Of a stretch of DNA of 64,000 nt, positions 49,140 through 54,462 are shown piece by piece (positions within the stretch are counted from its first letter, which is position 1; each line of letters opens with the position of its first letter). This stretch comes from Terriglobales bacterium (lineage in GTDB: Bacteria > Acidobacteriota > Terriglobia > Terriglobales > Acidobacteriaceae): contig DATMAB010000020.1 of NCBI GenBank assembly GCA_035573675.1, forward strand, positions 88,408 through 152,407, written 5' to 3'. The notes beneath the pieces were generated by a model that made no database searches, was not told the DNA's origin, and saw only the letters and a program-made list of their open reading frames with translations. The translations under genes were made by a program, and so were the position numbers.

Positions 49140-50555
49140 CTATGGTTTCTGGGAGACAGGCTGCGCCTGTGCCCGTAGTTGCTCCAGGATTTGGGAGCCG
49201 AGGTGAGAAACATTGCCCGCGCCCAAGGTGAGGATCATGTCGCCCTCCTGGGCTCGCGACGCAACCGCTGCCGCGGCTTCCGCGAAGGAAGGCGCATAGA
49301 TCGCTTCTCTGCCGCCCTTTTCGCGGATACACTGCGCCAGAGCTTCGCCGGTGACGCCGGGAATGGGGCTTTCGCTGGCGGCGTAGATATCCAGGATGAA
49401 CAGAGAATCAGCCGCCGCGAAGGCGGTGGCGAATTCGTCCAGCAGCAGTTGGGTTCGGGTGTAACGGTGGGGCTGGAAGATGACGTGGATGCGGCCGTAG
49501 CCGCAGGAACGGGCCGCAGCCAGCGTCGCGCGCACCTCGGTGGGATGGTGGCCGTAATCGTCGATCACGGCGACGCCGCGGACGGCGCCACGCAACTGGA
49601 ACCGGCGATCCACGCCGCGAAAGCCTTCCAGCGCGTCACGAATCTGCGCGGACGGGATGTCGAGGCCCACACCGACGGCCACGGCTGCGGTGGCATTCAG
49701 CACATTGTGGGCGCCGGGAACGCGTACGCGGAATTCGCCCAGGTTCTGCCCGCGGTAACGCACGGTGAAGCGGCTCACCGGGCGTTCCTGCACGGTGCCG
49801 GGTTCGACGGCGCCAAGCGTGAGGCAGAAATCAGCATCGTCGCCGGTGCCATAGGTGACCACGCGACGGGAGAGCCGTGGCACCAGCTTGCGCAGATGGC
49901 GGTCGTCCCGGCACAGGATAGCCATGCCGTAGAAGGGCAGGCGCTCGATGAAGTCACGGAAGGCGCGCAGCACGTCCCGCATGTCGCGATAGCAGTCCAT
50001 GTGCTCGCGGTCGAGGTTGGTCACCACGGCGAGGATGGGAGAGAGCTTGAGAAAGGAGCGGTCACTCTCATCGGCTTCGGCCACGAGGTACTGGGATTTG
50101 CCCAGACGGGCGTTAGAGCCCATGGCATCCACGCGTCCGCCGACGACTACCGTGGGATCCAAACCACCTGCGGCCAGAACCGCCGCGACCATGGAAGTGG
50201 TGGTGGTCTTGCCGTGCATGCCGGCGATGGCGATGCCGTACTTCAGGCGCATCAACTCAGCCAGCATCTCCGCGCGCGGGATGACCGGAATGTGATAGCG
50301 GTGCGCTTCCAGCACTTCCGGGTTGTCGGGGGCGATAGCCGAACTGGTGACGACGACTTCGGCACCCTGCACGTTTTCCGCACGATGACCTTCGAGGACG
50401 GTGGCGCCCAGCGTGCGGAGACGCTCGGTCACAGCGGACAGCTTGAGGTCGGAGCCGGAAACCTTGTAACCCAGCGTCAGCAGGACCTCGGCGATGCCAC
50501 TCATGCCGATGCCGCCGATGCCGACAAAATGAACGCGTTGGATGCGAGCGAACGT
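49140..50555 (-). CDS. murC: UDP-N-acetylmuramate--L-alanine ligase MurC; 5' end unresolved
   Basis: Motifs are GMHGKTTTTSM (P-loop) and DESDRSF. The tracked ORF starts at ATG 50504 (MSGIAEV), which is inside the conserved N-terminal motif HFVGIGGIGMSG. The frame stays open up to the TAG at 50568-50570 with no ATG, GTG or TTG. I extended the call to ACG 50555, which has AGGAG 9 nt upstream. See findings. Confidence 0.85.
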   Translation of the reverse strand, partial: TFARIQRVHFVGIGGIGMSGIAEVLLTLGYKVSGSDLKLSAVTERLRTLGATVLEGHRAENVQGAEVVVTSSAIAPDNPEVLEAHRYHIPVIPRAEMLAELMRLKYGIAIAGMHGKTTTTSMVAAVLAAGGLDPTVVVGGRVDAMGSNARLGKSQYLVAEADESDRSFLKLSPILAVVTNLDREHMDCYRDMRDVLRAFRDFIERLPFYGMAILCRDDRHLRKLVPRLSRRVVTYGTGDDADFCLTLGAVEPGTVQERPVSRFTVRYRGQNLGEFRVRVPGAHNVLNATAAVAVGVGLDIPSAQIRDALEGFRGVDRRFQLRGAVRGVAVIDDYGHHPTEVRATLAAARSCGYGRIHVIFQPHRYTRTQLLLDEFATAFAAADSLFILDIYAASESPIPGVTGEALAQCIREKGGREAIYAPSFAEAAAAVASRAQEGDMILTLGAGNVSHLGSQILEQLRAQAQPVSQKP

Positions 50556-50617
50556 AGCTACCAGCTCCTAGCGGCTAGCTTCCAGCTTTGGCTCCTAGCC
50601 ATTGGCTCTCAGCTTAA
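50555..50617. repeat. Degenerate tandem heptamer array (nAGCTnn) at and upstream of the murC 5' end
   Basis: On the + strand the units read TAGCTAC CAGCTCC TAGCGGC TAGCTTC CAGCTTT GGCTCCT AGCCATT GGCTCTC AGCTTAA. The first five units keep AGC in register. Confidence 0.5.
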
Positions 50618-50718
50618 ACCCTCATCAACATAGCCTAAGACATCGCCGGCCACAGGTGGGTCAACTCCGAAGTACCGAAGACTGGGCTACCCCCTACCCC
50701 GTCCAATGGAATCAACCA

Positions 50719-50749
50719 GTTAGGGGGGCAATAATATAGTTGACTAACC
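50719..50749 (+). repeat. Left end of the insertion: direct repeat GTTAGGGG plus inverted repeat IR-L
   Basis: Read directly from the sequence: GTTAGGGG|GGCAATAATATAGTTGACTAACC. Confidence 0.8.
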
Positions 50750-50757
50750 ACGCTCAG

Positions 50758-50793
50758 AATCGGAAGCGCGGTGACAGGGTGCGCGATGGGTGT
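50758..50793 (+). repeat. 36-nt subterminal block, copy 1
   Basis: AATCGGAAGCGCGGTGACAGGGTGCGCGATGGGTGT. It matches 51681-51716 at 33/36 positions. Confidence 0.8.
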
Positions 50794-50808
50794 GTGGCCA
50801 GGCAGTAC

Positions 50809-51648
50809 ATGCGGGTACTCGCCCAGCTCGTGCATCCCGCCGCTGGCCCGGATACTCTGTTCGTTGTGCTTAAGGTGTATTTGGACGAAAGCGGAATTAA
50901 CCGGGATGCGTTCGTCTGTGTGGTGGCTGGGTACGCCGCCAATACCGCCAGATGGAAGAAATTTGAGAAGGACTGGGCCTCGATCCTTAAGCGTTACAGA
51001 GTTGCCGAGTTTCACGCCAAGGACTTCTTCCGTCGAGATGAGGACGGGAATCCTCTGCACGAGCATTACCGACACCTGGGGCGCGACGGGGCAAATGCCT
51101 TCCTGAATGATTTGATAAACGCAATCAACAAGGCCAAGCCCAAAATGATTGGCAAGGCGGTTCTGGTCGAGGACTTTTTCTCGTTCAGCCTAGGGGAGAG
51201 GCGGTATCTGACTGGCGCACAGTACGACCCGACTGCCAAGAAGTTCCTTAGCAGCGGTGCTCCCGAGACGCACTTCCATGTGCCCATGCAGGCTGTCGTA
51301 ATCAATGCGGCCCTGGGGGCGAAGAGGCTCAAAGAGAAGGCCCACTTCGTGTGTGACCGTCAAGACGAATACGCTCCGCTAGTGGTGGAGAGGTTCGCGG
51401 AGATTGCGAAGCGGAATCCCGATTTGCCGCTAGGCGATTTGGTTCACTCCGACAGCAGGGATGTGTGTGCCTTGCAGGCCGCAGATTTGGCTTGCTGGGG
51501 AGCAAGCGTCTACGCCAAGAAACGCTTCAAGAAGAACGAAACGGAGACGGATTATATGGTCCGCCGCCTTCTGGAGCGCGAGGCTGATTTTGAACTGATG
51601 GATGCACGAAAGCTGCGCCTTCTTCTTGAGGGCTTTCATGGGCAATAA
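50809..51648 (+). CDS. DUF3800-family protein
   Basis: It has the N-terminal hallmark KVYLDESG and the C-terminal hallmark LQAADLACW. The start is uncertain: ATG 50809, or GTG 50866/50875 just before YLDESG. The tracked ORF start at 50740 is a TTG inside IR-L. The stop TAA (51646-51648) lies inside the internal IR copy. Confidence 0.75.
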   Translation: MRVLAQLVHPAAGPDTLFVVLKVYLDESGINRDAFVCVVAGYAANTARWKKFEKDWASILKRYRVAEFHAKDFFRRDEDGNPLHEHYRHLGRDGANAFLNDLINAINKAKPKMIGKAVLVEDFFSFSLGERRYLTGAQYDPTAKKFLSSGAPETHFHVPMQAVVINAALGAKRLKEKAHFVCDRQDEYAPLVVERFAEIAKRNPDLPLGDLVHSDSRDVCALQAADLACWGASVYAKKRFKKNETETDYMVRRLLEREADFELMDARKLRLLLEGFHGQ

Positions 51649-51716
51649 TATAGGTGACTAACCAAGCCAGTCCCGCCCAAAATCGGAAGCGCCGTGACAG
51701 GGGACGCGATGGGTGT
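51641..51716 (+). repeat. Internal third copy of the element end: IR-like 23-mer (51641-51663, 22/23 match to IR-L) plus the 36-nt block (51681-51716)
   Basis: GGCAATAATATAGGTGACTAACC ...17 nt... AATCGGAAGCGCCGTGACAGGGGACGCGATGGGTGT. It has the same orientation as the left end. It exactly fills the gap between the convergent stops at 51648 (+) and 51717 (-). Confidence 0.8.
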
Positions 51717-52469
51717 CTACAGAAGTCCAATCTTGAGGCACTCCGCTTTTGTCGCGGCGATGATCCCCGAGACTTTGCGGATAAGAGCGTCCAGTTTAGC
51801 CTCGACTGGTTTGCCTTTCATGATCTCGATTTCCCCGAACGCTACCGCAAAGGAGACGTGTACCTTGTAGCGGATTTTCGTTCCCGGTCTGACGGCAGCG
51901 TATATCAACTCGTCTTTGTCGCCGTCCCATCCGCAGTAGGGGATGCGGAACGGTCCACTCACCTCCATCCGTTCAACGTGAAGCGGCCCAGTGCTCATTC
52001 CGATAGGCACAATCAGGCGGTGCTTCGAAGCATTACAAAGTTCGTTCAATGCCCAAAGGGCATCATCCCCTCCCTTGTAAGGCTTGAAGCTCGCAAAAAG
52101 CGCATGAATCTCCTTCGGGAAATTTTTGCAGGCACTACCCAGGCGGCTTTTGAAGTCAGCTTCCGTAGCGGAGAACGGAAAGTGAACGTTACCAGAATCG
52201 CCGCCAGCAAGCGTAGCAACACTAGAAGCCGCGAGGTCAAGAGCTGCCCGGAGACTCTCCAGGACACCGGAAACTCGGTGGGTCAGGACTTCCGGCAAGG
52301 GTTTAGCGAGTTTGATCTTGTGGAGTTCATAGATTCCTTCGTCATCCATCTCGGTCACGGCAATGTGGGGGTTACTCTTGAGGAATCTGCGACATCTCCC
52401 CTTGAACTGCTTGAAGTCGCGCTTTGCCCACGCGATTCGTTTCCGGGAATCATCGAAGGGTCGCTTCAT
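51717..52469 (-). CDS. Hypothetical protein (250 aa), cargo of the insertion
   Basis: Composition is balanced, Lys/Glu-rich and low in Arg. Codon preference is consistent (AAG, TTC, ATC, GAC). The motif KPYKGGDDALWALNELCNASKHRLIV is present. I prefer this over the Arg/Ser-rich opposite-strand ORF 51654..52556. Confidence 0.65.
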   Translation of the reverse strand: MKRPFDDSRKRIAWAKRDFKQFKGRCRRFLKSNPHIAVTEMDDEGIYELHKIKLAKPLPEVLTHRVSGVLESLRAALDLAASSVATLAGGDSGNVHFPFSATEADFKSRLGSACKNFPKEIHALFASFKPYKGGDDALWALNELCNASKHRLIVPIGMSTGPLHVERMEVSGPFRIPYCGWDGDKDELIYAAVRPGTKIRYKVHVSFAVAFGEIEIMKGKPVEAKLDALIRKVSGIIAATKAECLKIGLL

Positions 52470-52571
52470 GGCATGACCGGAGAAACTGCCACAATGCGCA
52501 CGGGTGACCCAGGCAGGCGGGGCAGTAGCAGCGGATGGCTTCTTGGAGGGGCTTAGGTTTCATCATGGCAC

Positions 52572-52859
52572 CTAGTTCACAGGATCAGTCTCAGCCTTCA
52601 GTCGCAGAATTGCTTGCTCAAGCAAGTGCAGCGCTTGAACAGGATTTTCAAGACTCGCTGAGGAAACTTCGGCTGCGCTATGTCCCTGGAAACGCTGAAC
52701 AGCATCCGCGATTCCAGCCTCTTGAGCAATGCGAAGAAGCGCCCCCATGCCAGCCTTTAGCAGCACGATCTCCCGTTGCTGGTGGAACACAAGCTCAAGC
52801 AGCCGAAGAGTCTCCAGCTTCGATAGAAACATCGGAGGTTGCATCGGAGAGTTCGTCAT
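52572..52859 (-). CDS. Hypothetical small helical protein (95 aa), cargo of the insertion
   Basis: It shows a heptad-like hydrophobic pattern (LSKLETLRLLELVFHQQREIVLLKAGMGALLRIA). The ATG lies about 20 nt inside the element from IR-R. The competing + strand ORF 52535..52861 cannot be excluded. Confidence 0.4.
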   Translation of the reverse strand: MTNSPMQPPMFLSKLETLRLLELVFHQQREIVLLKAGMGALLRIAQEAGIADAVQRFQGHSAAEVSSASLENPVQALHLLEQAILRLKAETDPVN

Positions 52860-52884
52860 GACCCCACACTACACGAAGGGGCAG

Positions 52885-52915
52885 GGTTAGTCAGGTACAT
52901 TATTGCCGTTAGGGG
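52885..52915 (-). repeat. Right end of the insertion: inverted repeat IR-R plus direct repeat GTTAGGGG
   Basis: The + strand reads GGTTAGTCAGGTACATTATTGCC|GTTAGGGG. Confidence 0.8.
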
Positions 52916-53102
52916 CGGAGATCTCGACAGGTCTCGGAATCTAAAGGAGTTACGGGCAAAGTCTCGTCCGCAAAGTACTTAGCTTTCCGAGAATAGAACC
53001 GGACTTATGTTAGCATTCCGTAATTCACCTGTCAAGCAAGAATATCCGATTGAGTCGTCCCAGGAATCGCTTGTTGGGCACCGCTGGAAGGCGGTCCCGG
53101 AT

Positions 53103-54176
53103 TCAACGGCCTGCGGCAGTCATTACTAGGCGCGCGATGGCTCCGGCGGCGTCGTGATGGGCGAGGCGGCGGGCGGCTTCGGACATGGAGCGCAGACGAG
53201 CGCGGTCGGCGAGCAAGTCGCGTACCGTTTCCACCAGGCGATGAGCGGTGAGTTCGGACTGCGGCAACAACACAGCGGCCCCGGCTTTCGACAACGCTTC
53301 GGCGTTGCGATGCTGGTGGTCATCGGCCGCGCGCGGAAAGGGCACGAAGATGGCGGGCCGGCCGGCAGCGGCGACTTCGGCGACGGTGGAGGCGCCGGAG
53401 CGGCACAGCAGCAGGTCGGCCTCAGCGAACGCTTCCCACATGCGCTCGATAAAGCGGGAAACGACGGAGTTGGGGCCGGCGCGCTCGTAGGCCGCAAGCA
53501 CGGCTTCGAAGTCGCGCTCGCCGGTCTGGTGCAGGACGCGCAGACCGGGAATGTTCCTGTTGAGCAAGGCTGCAGCTTCCATCATGACGCGATTGAGCGG
53601 CGCAGCGCCCTGGCTGCCTCCGAAAACCAGGAGCGTAGGCGATCCTGTGCCTTCGCGCGAGCCGAGGCTGAAAAATTCCTTGCGCACGGGCGTGCCGGTG
53701 ATGTGGGCGTTGCGGAAGTGCCGCGCCGTCTCCGGAAACTGCACCGCCGCAGCCGTGACCCAGCGGGCTACGAGGCGGTTGGCAAAACCGGGCACGACGT
53801 TGGATTCGAAAGCAACGCACGGAATGCCGGCCATCACGGCCGCCAGCATGGCGGGACCGGAGGCATATCCGCCCACGCCCAGCACAGCCTGGGCACGGAA
53901 GCTGCGCACCAGGCGTCGCGAACGGAGGATGGCGCGCGGGAGCCCCAGGGATGTTGAAAGACGCGTGGCGAGGGTGACGTTCTTGAGGGGACCGACGTCG
54001 ATCAGTTCGAGGTCAAAACCAGCGGCGGGGACCAGGCGGGTTTCGATGCCCCGGGCGGTGCCGATAAACAAGAGTTCGGCGCCGTGTTCTTCCTTGAGAA
54101 CACGCGCGATAGCCAGAGCGGGGATGACGTGGCCTCCGGTGCCGCCGCCGGCGATAACGATGCGCGGGGTGTCGAT
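53103..54176 (-). CDS. murG: UDP-GlcNAc:lipid I GlcNAc transferase MurG; start codon non-canonical or unresolved
   Basis: The tracked ORF starts at TTG 54071, but the frame is open upstream and encodes IDTPRIVIAGGGTGGHVIPALAIARVL. That segment contains the conserved MurG G-loop. An in-frame TGA lies at 54210-54212, and no ATG, GTG or TTG occurs before 54071. I extended the call to ATC 54176. See findings. Confidence 0.85.
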   Translation of the reverse strand: MDTPRIVIAGGGTGGHVIPALAIARVLKEEHGAELLFIGTARGIETRLVPAAGFDLELIDVGPLKNVTLATRLSTSLGLPRAILRSRRLVRSFRAQAVLGVGGYASGPAMLAAVMAGIPCVAFESNVVPGFANRLVARWVTAAAVQFPETARHFRNAHITGTPVRKEFFSLGSREGTGSPTLLVFGGSQGAAPLNRVMMEAAALLNRNIPGLRVLHQTGERDFEAVLAAYERAGPNSVVSRFIERMWEAFAEADLLLCRSGASTVAEVAAAGRPAIFVPFPRAADDHQHRNAEALSKAGAAVLLPQSELTAHRLVETVRDLLADRARLRSMSEAARRLAHHDAAGAIARLVMTAAGR

Positions 54177-54462
54177 TGGGTGCCGTCCCTTCGGGACTCG
54201 ATTTCGTTCTCATGCTAACCCGGCACTTACGTACCGGGCTATCGAATTGCCGTCGCTTCGCGACTGACGGGTTGCGGCACCCTCCCCTTGCCGGCTCGCC
54301 TACGCTCGCGGCCGGTCGGGCGCAAGTCGTGCACATGGCTCCAGACGGCACGCCTGAAGGCGTGCCCCTCCGAAATCGAGGCTCCTTTGAGGTTTTCCGC
54401 AACCTGTGAAGTCATGCCCTGACACGAACCTCAGCCAGGATCACGGAAAGGCCGAATCAACA
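54177..54462 (-). ncRNA. Hairpin-dense ftsW-murG spacer; candidate structured leader or cis-regulatory RNA, class unknown
   Basis: Five strong local hairpins are present in + coordinates. GTCCC-TTC-GGGAC is at 54185-54197. CCCGGCAC-TTAC-GTACCGGG is at 54219-54238. GTCGC-TTC-GCGAC is at 54252-54264. CCGGCTCGCC...GGCCGG is at 54291-54315. GGCACGCC-TGAA-GGCGTGCC is at 54347-54366. There is also a long-range complement between GGTTGCGG (54270-54277) and CCGCAACC (54397-54404). No credible ORF is present. Confidence 0.45.

Larger units (their letters stand above)
50719..52915. mobile_element. Transposon-like insertion (about 2.2 kb) between murG and murC: 8-bp target-site duplication plus 23-bp imperfect terminal inverted repeats, no recognisable transposase
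   Basis: GTTAGGGG at 50719-50726 is repeated exactly at 52908-52915. The left IR is GGCAATAATATAGTTGACTAACC (50727-50749). The reverse complement of 52885-52907 is GGCAATAATGTACCTGACTAACC, a 20/23 match. Interior 60-nt samples count 27/60 and 29/60 GC, against 38/60 in neighbouring murG. Confidence 0.7.

Noticed and set aside
50740-50745. TTGACT inside IR-L as a -35 box of an element promoter
   Set aside because: No acceptable -10 hexamer lies at 16-18 nt spacing in copy A. In copy C the pair CTGACT-17-TAGTGT is suggestive, but there is no experimental or comparative support, so it is not annotated.
50635-51075. A 146-aa minus-strand ORF
   Set aside because: It is antisense to the DUF3800 gene, which has family hallmarks, and it has no motif of its own.
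51654-52556. A 300-aa plus-strand ORF inside the insertion that shares an MTN..QNRKR.DR.RDGC N-terminus with ORF 50740
   Set aside because: The shared N-terminus is simply a translation of the repeated IR plus 36-nt block. The rest is Arg/Ser-rich, whereas the opposite-strand 250-aa ORF has balanced composition and consistent codon preference. I kept it as an open alternative in the findings.
54177-54462. Assigning the ftsW-murG structured spacer to the ydaO/c-di-AMP riboswitch class
   Set aside because: Only one short segment (AACCCGUCAG followed by a hairpin) resembles the consensus as I remember it. I could not place the GGGGACCCA/GGGGUGAAUC elements. The spacer is therefore reported only as an unclassified structured RNA, to be tested with cmsearch.
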